DNA of 24,000 nt from Candidatus Nanopelagicaceae bacterium (GTDB lineage Bacteria > Actinomycetota > Actinomycetes > Nanopelagicales > Nanopelagicaceae). The notes under the pieces are model-generated. The model had not been told where the DNA came from, did not search any database, and saw only the letters and a program-made list of their open reading frames with translations. Position 1 is the first letter of the stretch. Each line of letters starts with the position of its first letter. Below, one piece after another: positions 15,464 to 23,146 of the stretch. The DNA lies in NCBI GenBank assembly GCA_965268005.1, contig OZ254130.1:977858-1001857 (forward strand), given 5' to 3'. Both the position numbers and the translations under genes were made by a program.

Positions 15464-17122
15464 TTACTTAGTTACTGTGATTGCGAAGTGAATAGAAGGC
15501 AATTGATATCCAAGTGCCAATCCTGGGAAGTCACGATCAGCTGTCAAGATTGGAAGCATTCCGTAAGGAGTTCCCGCAAATGAAGGTTGATTTGTGTACA
15601 TCAATGGCCATAGATCGATGATGTGAGTTCCTGGCTTTCCTGTGGCCTTCAAGTGCACAACCATGTATCCATTTGAATTAAATCCACATCCATAACCAAT
15701 GTATGAGTTGTCATATGTAACAGCCAAAGTGTTATCGAGTTGTGTCCAACCCACTCCCTTGATTGCAATTGTGAACTCTTCTCCCGCTTTGAACTTATTT
15801 GTAGGTACTCCAGAACCATTGCGTGATTCAGGAAGTCCTGAAGGATCGGCCTTTGCAAGACCTGCACTTAAGACCTTCCCTTTGCTATCGACGTAATTGA
15901 AGATGCTCTCTTGTACATAGAAAGGAACTTGTGCCTCAATGACTCCATCCTTCTTTATCTGTACAACGTGCCATCCACCTAAGTGATCTGGAATCTGGAT
16001 CTCTTTTGTTATGTCAGCTGACTTAACATCAATAGTTCCTAGTGGAACAGAGTTGTAAACCCAGCAAGTTCCTGTGCAGTTAACTCGGTTACCAACAACA
16101 GTTGCCCATTCAATTGTGTGGGTTCCAGATGTAGTTAATCCCTTTACATCAAGACTTACCTTTGTATATACGGGCCCTGCATCCTTGGACAATGTTGCAA
16201 CAGCCTTTGTATTTGGGTCTAACCCAACTGATGACAATGTTGTCTTTTGAGTAACAGTTGGAGTTACCTTGTCGGGATATGTTAAGTAAGCCGCAGGTGC
16301 ACCAGCATCTTTTGTAACTGTAAAGGTCTGAGTGCCGCCATTAGCAAATGGAACAGGTGCTTGAATGATGTTCAAGTATGGAATTCCAATTCCATCCAAA
16401 ACATACAAAACATGCTTTCCAACCTCACCGGAAGCTCGGATTACTGCCTTACCTGTTCCGCGAGTCCATAGAGCCTGCATTTCACCGGCAAATTGATTGT
16501 CATACAAAACAGATCCACCAGCTGTGTAAAGGCTTGCGCCCATTCCTGTGTATGTAATTGTTATTGGAGTGCCAATTGGACCGCTCTTTGGAGAGATCGA
16601 AACGGTACGAAGCATCTGGTAGCCACCATGGGCTACAGCAACACCATCTACGACTGCATAAATATCATGCACACCACCGAAATCAGATGGCACCTTTGAC
16701 TTAAAGGTAAATCCACCATTTGCATCGGTAGTTACTGTCGCCATGTTGACGTAGAACTTGGTGTACTTGACGCCCATATAGTTGATCGTGTTTGGCTGAA
16801 CATCTGCCACCCAAGTACCTTCATTTGTGGACCACACCAAAGTCATTTGCTTATTTGGGGTTAAACCCTTTCCAATTACGGAAAAGGCACTTCCAACAAA
16901 ACCCTGCTGTGGTGTGACCTCTAGATTGACGGTTGTTTCAGGTGTTGTAAATGCTCCCGCCTTTACCGCTGTATATGGAAGTGGCGCAACACCTTTAATG
17001 TCACTTGGAGCTGTCAATGTGATCAGCGTGGAGGCTGTGTCGGCACCTTGTGCCGGCACAACCATCGCCATCGCTAGACCACAAGCAACTGCGATACGCA
17101 GTGCCAGTGTTCTCTTCTTCAT
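15464..17122 (-). CDS. Secreted protein with about four tandem Ig/IPT-like beta-sandwich modules; function unknown
   Basis: 552-aa ORF with the signal peptide MKKRTLALRIAVACGLAMAMVVPAQG-AD. A module pattern recurs: FSVIGKGL...GGVHDIYAV, ITITYTGMG...GKHVLYVL, VSLDVKGL...GGWHVVQI and FTIAIKGVG...GTHIIDLW. The SD AGGAGAGAG lies upstream. There is no LPXTG, lipobox or C-terminal TM segment. Confidence 0.75.
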   Translation of the reverse strand: MKKRTLALRIAVACGLAMAMVVPAQGADTASTLITLTAPSDIKGVAPLPYTAVKAGAFTTPETTVNLEVTPQQGFVGSAFSVIGKGLTPNKQMTLVWSTNEGTWVADVQPNTINYMGVKYTKFYVNMATVTTDANGGFTFKSKVPSDFGGVHDIYAVVDGVAVAHGGYQMLRTVSISPKSGPIGTPITITYTGMGASLYTAGGSVLYDNQFAGEMQALWTRGTGKAVIRASGEVGKHVLYVLDGIGIPYLNIIQAPVPFANGGTQTFTVTKDAGAPAAYLTYPDKVTPTVTQKTTLSSVGLDPNTKAVATLSKDAGPVYTKVSLDVKGLTTSGTHTIEWATVVGNRVNCTGTCWVYNSVPLGTIDVKSADITKEIQIPDHLGGWHVVQIKKDGVIEAQVPFYVQESIFNYVDSKGKVLSAGLAKADPSGLPESRNGSGVPTNKFKAGEEFTIAIKGVGWTQLDNTLAVTYDNSYIGYGCGFNSNGYMVVHLKATGKPGTHIIDLWPLMYTNQPSFAGTPYGMLPILTADRDFPGLALGYQLPSIHFAITVTK

Positions 17123-17167
17123 AATCTCTCTCCTAAATCATTGAATTGTGGGTGGGACTAACTGTTG

Positions 17168-18118
17168 TTATGCCTTTGGTAGCGCAAAGAGAGTTAGCTG
17201 TGAAGCAGGCATAAAGTTTGACTGCCAAGTTCCTGTTGCACCTTTTAGTGGGATATCTAGTTTGACTGTGCGGTAGTAACTGACACGGTCATACACAGTT
17301 CCACCTGAAGCGTTAAGAACACGCTTTCCATTTTCCATACGTGGAACAAGCTTTGTTGAAAGAACTTTCATGGTTGTTGAATCTTTAGCAACCATGGTTA
17401 CCTTGAAGTTAATTACTCCAAGAGTGTTATACAAAGGTGCTGCACCAGTCTTTAAGACACCAGTCCAGAATGCTGCTCCGCTGTGATTTCCATATGACAT
17501 TTGAATTGGATCTTTAACACCTGCGATTTCTATGTAAGCCTTTGCAGTATTGGTTGAATCCATTACCGCTCCACCCTGATCAGAATTATTTGCATAAATG
17601 CGGAAAACAATTCCTTGACCAACGATGTACTCACTTTGTACAGCGCAGCTAACACCAAAACGTGGTGCAAGGGGTCCTGATGTTCCGCTCGCTAGCACTG
17701 TGTCTACATAGATATGAATTGGAGAAACAACGCCTTGAACAGGCACACCAATCTTCACATTGAGTGTGTTTCCGCTCGCTGGCGCGAAATTAACAGCATC
17801 TGTTGGAGTAAATGTTCCGGTAATAGCAGTTGCACCTGCAGCTGCTGGCACCCAAGAGCACTTTGCAACAAATGGGGTTACGGTTGTCGTTGCAACAGCT
17901 TCACAGCCTGTAACAATCTTGCCATTAACTGTGAATGCAACCGTTCCAGCTGCACTTGCAGTTCCGTTAATGATGATTGGACCTAGATCAAAGACACCAT
18001 TTCCGCCTGACATAACCAATGTTGAAGCAGCTGGCGCAGCAAGAGCTTGACCGCCAGTTGATACAGCACCGACAAGTGCTAGAACCGCTACTGCGATTCC
18101 TGAGATTACCTTTTTCAT
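17168..18118 (-). CDS. Secreted protein with an N-terminal bacterial Ig-like domain and an unknown C-terminal domain
   Basis: 316-aa ORF with the signal peptide MKKVISGIAVAVLALVGAVSTGGQALA-AP. The segment 'GTVAFTVNGKIVTGCEAVA...AKCSWVPAAAGATAITGTFTPTD' is Big_3-like. The SD AAGGAGAAATAA lies upstream. Confidence 0.75.
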   Translation of the reverse strand: MKKVISGIAVAVLALVGAVSTGGQALAAPAASTLVMSGGNGVFDLGPIIINGTASAAGTVAFTVNGKIVTGCEAVATTTVTPFVAKCSWVPAAAGATAITGTFTPTDAVNFAPASGNTLNVKIGVPVQGVVSPIHIYVDTVLASGTSGPLAPRFGVSCAVQSEYIVGQGIVFRIYANNSDQGGAVMDSTNTAKAYIEIAGVKDPIQMSYGNHSGAAFWTGVLKTGAAPLYNTLGVINFKVTMVAKDSTTMKVLSTKLVPRMENGKRVLNASGGTVYDRVSYYRTVKLDIPLKGATGTWQSNFMPASQLTLFALPKA

Positions 18119-18151
18119 TTATTTCTCCTTAATTCGAGTTCGGGACTTAAA

Positions 18152-18790
18152 TTATTTGGTCTTGATATTTCCGCTGACATCCATAGTGAATGCCGCAGTT
18201 TCTTTCGCTCCACCTTTAACACTGAATACGCCAGTAACCTTGAGATTTCCAGTTGCTCCTGCGTACTTACCGGTGCCACTTGTAATAGTTGCGCTTCCGG
18301 TGATTTTGATAGTTGTTGGAGCTGACTCATCTTCTGCGCAACCCTTTGATGAAGTATCAAAAGTTACGTTGATGGTGTTTCCGCCACCGCCGATAGAACC
18401 CTTTGCATCGAAGCCATCACATAAACCAGCAGGTGCTGCAGATCCAGAACCTGTCATATCTGTAAGTCCTAGAACATTTCCAGTTCCCTTAGCTGTTGCA
18501 GATGTAACTTGAAGGAATGTATCGCCCCAAACAATGTTGAGGCTTCCCTTGTAGTTACCTGAAAATGCAACAGTTCCGCCAGTTGCTGGTGCAGTTGTTA
18601 CCTTTGGCTTTGTTGTTGAATAACCGGTTGGGCACTTTGGTGAAGCTGCAGTTACCTTCTTTACTGTTGTGCCTTTATAGCAAGTGATTGTTTTACTTGC
18701 CGCATTTGCAGTTGCACCGTTTGCAAACAAGAAAGCTACTGCTGTAAAAAGAACAAGCGCCTTTGCTTTTCTTGAGTAAATTCTTTTCAT
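18152..18790 (-). CDS. Secreted protein with a Cys-bracketed N-terminal hairpin motif and a dirigent/AOC-barrel-like C-terminal motif; function unknown
   Basis: 212-aa ORF with the signal peptide ...FLFANGATANA-AS. It continues 'TITCYKGTTVKKVTAASPKCPTGY', then a Thr/Pro linker. The C-terminal 'ITSGTGKYAGATGNLKVTG' resembles the TGGTGxYxGAxG motif. The SD GGGAG lies upstream. Confidence 0.75.
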   Translation of the reverse strand: MKRIYSRKAKALVLFTAVAFLFANGATANAASKTITCYKGTTVKKVTAASPKCPTGYSTTKPKVTTAPATGGTVAFSGNYKGSLNIVWGDTFLQVTSATAKGTGNVLGLTDMTGSGSAAPAGLCDGFDAKGSIGGGGNTINVTFDTSSKGCAEDESAPTTIKITGSATITSGTGKYAGATGNLKVTGVFSVKGGAKETAAFTMDVSGNIKTK

Positions 18791-18953
18791 TGTGAACTCC
18801 CATCTCTCCCTGAGTTTTGCTGTTCTTACGAGAGAAAGACTGTCACTTCTGAAAAGTTAATAAAGAGTTATTGCGAGGGCTACCCCTTCACGCAGTATTG
18901 CGTCCATCACCTAATTACTGTGATCTGTTACTAAGAGTGCTAGCCCTAAGCGG

Positions 18954-19853
18954 TTAGTTTGACTTTGCAATTCTTTCGCGAGCTACCTGCATCGCTGGTG
19001 GTTCAGGACCCAATATTGCTAAGAAAATGTCCAAGCTAACTCGTGAAACTCGAAGCCATAGCTTTGAACGCTTTTCCAATCCAAGCAGTGTCAATTCATG
19101 CTGATCTAATGTTGCAATTGCGGCATTTGAAATAACTTTGTAAAAGAATTTACCTGCACCATCAAATGGAGGGTTCAAAATAAAACGAACAACTTCGGCA
19201 GTTCGTGCAACAGTTGCCAAATCATTCTTTCGGAAATCATCAAGTGTGGCTTCTAATTCAGCGACAGACTTCGGAGCATTTATCAGACCAAGTGGGACGG
19301 CACTTTTGCTCCACTGAGCTACATATTCATCTGCGCCTTGGTCGATTGAATAACCTAGCGCAAGGTGTGCTTTCAAGAACGAGTCAGTGAATGCGCAGTG
19401 CACCCACAATAAGAATCGTGGATCTTTTGCTTTGTAGCTCTGATCATGTCCTTGTTTGTTCTTGAATTCACCTTTTACATGATCATGCATTGCATTGACT
19501 CGGGCTGCTTCTCGCTCAATAACTTCTGCTGCAGCAAATGTTGTAACCGTTAGCCAACGAGTTGTTCCTGCTAATCGGCCTAATGGATCAGATTCATATC
19601 GAGAATGTTCCGCAACGCCTGAAAGCGGAGCGGGGTGAGCGGCCTGCAATAAAAGAGCTCTGACTCCCCCAACTAAAGTTGCGATGCATCCATGTACTTG
19701 CCACACAGCGCTGCCTGGACCAAATAAACCAGGACCAGAACCGATTGCAATTGTGTTCACCCAATCAGGACGACCATCTTTAGATCCTGAAACATTCTCG
19801 CGGAACTTATCTGCCAGTGGCTTTGTCAGCGGAAACTTATGGAATTCAAACAC
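18954..19853 (-). CDS. MpaB/DUF2236-family oxygenase-like protein
   Basis: 299-aa ORF (GTG start) with the family-typical 'GGVRALLLQAAHPAPLSGVAEHSRYESDPLGRLAGTTRWL'. TACGAT (19865-19860) sits 6 nt before the GTG. Confidence 0.8.
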   Translation of the reverse strand: MFEFHKFPLTKPLADKFRENVSGSKDGRPDWVNTIAIGSGPGLFGPGSAVWQVHGCIATLVGGVRALLLQAAHPAPLSGVAEHSRYESDPLGRLAGTTRWLTVTTFAAAEVIEREAARVNAMHDHVKGEFKNKQGHDQSYKAKDPRFLLWVHCAFTDSFLKAHLALGYSIDQGADEYVAQWSKSAVPLGLINAPKSVAELEATLDDFRKNDLATVARTAEVVRFILNPPFDGAGKFFYKVISNAAIATLDQHELTLLGLEKRSKLWLRVSRVSLDIFLAILGPEPPAMQVARERIAKSN

Positions 19854-19895
19854 CGGGTAATCGTAGAAGCAGGCTTAATGCTGCGCCAATTGAAA

Positions 19896-20468
19896 TTATG
19901 AGCCGAAGTTTGTTTTCTTGTAAGGCTTTCCCTTTTGATCGTAGGTAATCCAGACACCTACCTGCTTGCCATTTTTGAATGTTCCAGAGCGCATGATTAC
20001 GCCATCTTTACGGAACCACTTCCAATCACCATGCATCTCTTCATTCTTAATCTTGCCAGTAGCCTTCAAGACTCCGTTTCCATAAAATTCTAGAAACTCA
20101 CCGGTCTTCTTTGGGTATGCAGCATTTAGCTGCTGAATTCTTACCTTAATAATCTTCTTTAATAGCGGCTTGGGAAATCTCTTGTCGACAGCAAAGTGAA
20201 TGGAACCTTTTGTTTGTTCGTATTGGGCAAGCTCTGCTTTTAAGAGCGAAGTCGTTGAGCCGCTATAAGGAAATACACTGTTGTGTTTCTTGTAGCCGTC
20301 ATAACCAAATACCCCAATGCCTTCAATAACAAAAGTTGGGATTCCGTATTTGATAGTTTCTGTTGCGGTCGGTAGTTCTGCTGCGATCATTTCGCGCAGG
20401 TTTTGAAGGATTGCGCGCTGCCCTATTTCGAACTTCTTCAGGTGCTTATCGACTAACGCCTTGCTCAC
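19896..20468 (-). CDS. DUF1801 (YdhG-like) domain protein fused to C-terminal MORN-variant repeats
   Basis: 190-aa ORF. The N-terminal ~115 aa look like DUF1801 ('IKYGIPTFVIEG...GSIHFAVDKRFP'). The C-terminus 'FYGNGVLKATGKIKNEEMHGDWKWFRKDGVIMRSGTFKNGKQVGVWITYDQKGK' fits MORN_2/YwqK-type repeats. Confidence 0.65.
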   Translation of the reverse strand: MSKALVDKHLKKFEIGQRAILQNLREMIAAELPTATETIKYGIPTFVIEGIGVFGYDGYKKHNSVFPYSGSTTSLLKAELAQYEQTKGSIHFAVDKRFPKPLLKKIIKVRIQQLNAAYPKKTGEFLEFYGNGVLKATGKIKNEEMHGDWKWFRKDGVIMRSGTFKNGKQVGVWITYDQKGKPYKKTNFGS

Positions 20469-20471
20469 GAT

Positions 20472-21104
20472 TTACTCCCGTTCGTTCCAAGCCGCATTAA
20501 TTGTCTCAACGAAGGCTTCCAAAGGTTGCGCGCCAGAAATTCCGTACTTCATATCCACTACAAAGAAGGGCACCCCTGTCGCCCCTAGTTGGGTAGCCAT
20601 GTCGCGGTCTGCCAAAACTTCATTTGTAAATTGATCTGATTCCAATACATTCATCACATCTACTGCTGGAATTCCAACAGATTCGGCAACTGCACAAATA
20701 TCTTGGTGAGAAAACAGAGGCAAAGAGTTTTCGAAGTAACTTGAATACATCGCTTCTAGTAATTCATCCTGCTTGTTGATAGTCGCTGCATAAAGAAGAA
20801 CTCGATGAGCATCAAAGGTATTGCCAGATAGGGTGTCATCGAGGTTGTAACAAAGGCCTTCGCCATCGGCTACCGCGCAAACATTTGCCTGCATCTCTTT
20901 TACTTGGTCTGCAGAAACTCTGTACTTTTCAGCTAAATGCTTTCCTGTTGGAACAACGCCTTGTGCATCTGGTTGTAATTGAAAAGCGCGATGGCGGATG
21001 ATGATTTCATCCTTGTGCTCAAAGCCAGAAAGAGCCTTTTCTAGACGGCGCTTTCCGATAAAGCACCATGGGCAGACAACATCAGACCACACATCAATAA
21101 TCAT
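20472..21104 (-). CDS. DsbA-family (FrnE-like) thiol-disulfide oxidoreductase
   Basis: 210-aa ORF with an N-terminal 'DVVCPWCFIGKRRLEKAL' CPWC active site and 'GVPFFVVD' near the C-terminus. There is no signal peptide. Confidence 0.85.
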   Translation of the reverse strand: MIIDVWSDVVCPWCFIGKRRLEKALSGFEHKDEIIIRHRAFQLQPDAQGVVPTGKHLAEKYRVSADQVKEMQANVCAVADGEGLCYNLDDTLSGNTFDAHRVLLYAATINKQDELLEAMYSSYFENSLPLFSHQDICAVAESVGIPAVDVMNVLESDQFTNEVLADRDMATQLGATGVPFFVVDMKYGISGAQPLEAFVETINAAWNERE

Positions 21105-21937
21105 GAATTAATCACGCCAGTCGCAAGAAGAACAAGAATTAATGAGCCAAGGCATACGCGATAAATAATGAATGGGAGGAAGCTCTTTGTGGATACAAAC
21201 TTCAACAACCACGCAATAACGATGTAGCCAATGACGAAGGCAACCCCAGTTGCGACTAGCGTTTCGGGGATCGAAAAGACATTTGGTGCTGCATCTGATG
21301 AAAAGGCATCCTTTAATTCATACAGGCCACTTCCAAAGACTGCAGGAAGGGCCAATAAGAATGAGTAGCGAAGTGCAGCTTCGCGGGTGTAACCAAGGAA
21401 GCGTCCCATCGCGATTGTTGCACCAGATCGAGATACTCCTGGAACTAGTGCAAGCGCTTGTGCTGCACCATACAAAATTCCATGTCTTGAATTGAGCTGA
21501 TCAAGTGTTCGTTCACTCTTGCCGACTTTGTCTGCAAAACCCAGAATCAATCCGAAGATGATCATTACTGACGCAATCAGCCAGAGCGAACGAAGATCGT
21601 TTGTAATGATGTCTTTACCTAGGTAGCCCAAGACAACGATTGGAAGGCTGCCAACAATAATAAGCCAACCCATGCAAGCTTGGCCCTTTCCTTCAGCTGA
21701 CAGTTCAGCACGGAGCAGAACTTGCTTGACCCACGACACCACAATTGCCTTGATGTCATTGCGAAAGAAAATAAGTACTGCAAGCTCGGTGCCGATTTGA
21801 GTAATAGCTGTAAATCGAGCACCTGGATCTTGGGCTTTATTCATGAACTCGCCCACGATGCGGATGTGTGCACTAGATGAAATAGGAAGGAACTCAGTAA
21901 GTCCTTGAACAATTCCTAAAAAGATTGCCGAGAACAT
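21101..21937 (-). CDS. uppP: Undecaprenyl-diphosphate phosphatase UppP (BacA)
   Basis: 278-aa polytopic protein with 'GIVQGLTEFLPISSSAHIRIV' and 'PGVSRSGATIAMGRFLG'. Its stop overlaps the DsbA-like start by 4 nt. Confidence 0.9.
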   Translation of the reverse strand: MFSAIFLGIVQGLTEFLPISSSAHIRIVGEFMNKAQDPGARFTAITQIGTELAVLIFFRNDIKAIVVSWVKQVLLRAELSAEGKGQACMGWLIIVGSLPIVVLGYLGKDIITNDLRSLWLIASVMIIFGLILGFADKVGKSERTLDQLNSRHGILYGAAQALALVPGVSRSGATIAMGRFLGYTREAALRYSFLLALPAVFGSGLYELKDAFSSDAAPNVFSIPETLVATGVAFVIGYIVIAWLLKFVSTKSFLPFIIYRVCLGSLILVLLATGVINS

Positions 21938-21992
21938 ACTGAGCCCCTGTCGCTATTAGTAGAGGTCAATAGTAACTAGTGCGCCAAGAGAT

Positions 21993-22982
21993 TTACTCTT
22001 TTGCGTCGTGCTCCCCTGTGATTCTTCCAGCATGTGCTTTTGCCGATGGGTCCTTGCTGGATTTAATCAAGCTAGCCACAGTTGAAATAGCCAAAATTGA
22101 TGCGATTACTCCAAGGCTTACAGGTGTAGGAATCTTTGGAATATCGTGGAACTGCTCATGTAAGTAGGTCATGATCAGCTTTACACCGATAAACATCAAG
22201 ATAAATGAGAGACCTAGAGATAGGTAAATCAACTTATCTAGAAGGCCCTTGAGCAAGAAGTACAGAGCGCGAAGTCCTAGCAGTGCAAATGCGTTGGCTG
22301 TAAAGACCAAGAAGGTCTGTGATGTAACACCAAATGTCGCTGGGATTGAATCCAATGCAAAGAGAAGATCTGTCGAAGCAATCGCAATGATTACCAAGAA
22401 CATAGGAGTTGCATAACGCTTTTCGTTCAGCTTGATAAACAATTTAGTTCCATGGAATTCATCAACCATTGCTACACGCTTGCGAATTGTGCGAACCATA
22501 AAGTTGTCATTTGGTTCAGGATCTTCATCCCAGTGCTTGAACAGACCAACGCCTGTCCAAACCAAGATTGCTCCGAAGATTACAAATGTGAATGAGAAAG
22601 CACCAAGGGCTGCTGCTCCGATTGCAATAAAGATTGCGCGCAATACAAGCGCAAGCATTACACCGATAAGCAGGATTCTCTGGTGGTAAATACTTGGCAC
22701 GGCAAATTGAGCCAAGATAATTACGAAGATAAATAAGTTATCGATAGATAACGAGTACTCGACTAAGTAAGCCGCAAAGAACTCGGTTCCGAAAGTCGAA
22801 CCGAAGTAACTCCACACCCAGGCACCAAAGCCAAGTGCGATGCTTACATAGAAGGATGTCCAGGCTGCTGCTTCTTTGAATTTAACATCATGTGCTGTGC
22901 GACTTGATGTAAATAAATCAATGGCGATTAAGGTTGCAATTAGCCCAACCGTTATCGCCCAAATCGTTGATGAAACTTCCAT
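21993..22982 (-). CDS. TerC-family integral membrane protein (likely Mn2+/metal exporter type)
   Basis: 329-aa polytopic protein with the TerC signature 'YLVEYSLSIDNLFIFVIIL' and a second 'ASTDLLFALDSIPA'. It is preceded by a yybP-ykoY-type leader. Confidence 0.9.
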   Translation of the reverse strand: MEVSSTIWAITVGLIATLIAIDLFTSSRTAHDVKFKEAAAWTSFYVSIALGFGAWVWSYFGSTFGTEFFAAYLVEYSLSIDNLFIFVIILAQFAVPSIYHQRILLIGVMLALVLRAIFIAIGAAALGAFSFTFVIFGAILVWTGVGLFKHWDEDPEPNDNFMVRTIRKRVAMVDEFHGTKLFIKLNEKRYATPMFLVIIAIASTDLLFALDSIPATFGVTSQTFLVFTANAFALLGLRALYFLLKGLLDKLIYLSLGLSFILMFIGVKLIMTYLHEQFHDIPKIPTPVSLGVIASILAISTVASLIKSSKDPSAKAHAGRITGEHDAKE

Positions 22983-23014
22983 TGTTATTTCTCCCTTGAC
23001 TCGCGTAATTGTTT

Positions 23015-23112
23015 AACGTGGCCAAGGTCTCCCTAACCGTAAAACGGCCAGCGCCCCGGGTTTTTACACCGTATTGACGAGGTAGCTGTATCTAGGTACT
23101 CCCCTTAATTAA
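23015..23112 (-). promoter_or_regulatory. yybP-ykoY (Mn2+) riboswitch in the TerC leader
   Basis: The minus strand reads UUAAGGGGAGUACCUAGAUACAGCUACCUCGUCAAUACGGUGUAAAAACCCGGGGCGCUGGCCGUUUUACGGUUAGGGAGACCUUGGC. It contains the conserved blocks GGGGAGUA, GUCAAUAC and GGGAGACCUU. The P1 helix pairs UUAAGG with CCUUGG. TerC-family genes are a classic regulated target of this riboswitch. Confidence 0.75.
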
Positions 23113-23146
23113 TTTAATTCTAAGGGGGCTTTAAGGGTGGCGCAAA

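Noticed and set aside
17714-18512. Plus-strand ORFs of 90, 96 and 118 aa, and a minus-strand 81-aa ORF at 18115-18360
   Set aside because: They overlap the secreted-protein genes. Ala/Gly/Val/Thr-rich coding sequence produces long stop-free alternative frames. The signal peptides and SD sites support only the three chosen frames.
18791-18801. GTTCAC core immediately upstream of the 212-aa secreted-protein start
   Set aside because: It is a single copy with no phased partner, and it sits between the SD and the ATG. This is most likely coincidence.
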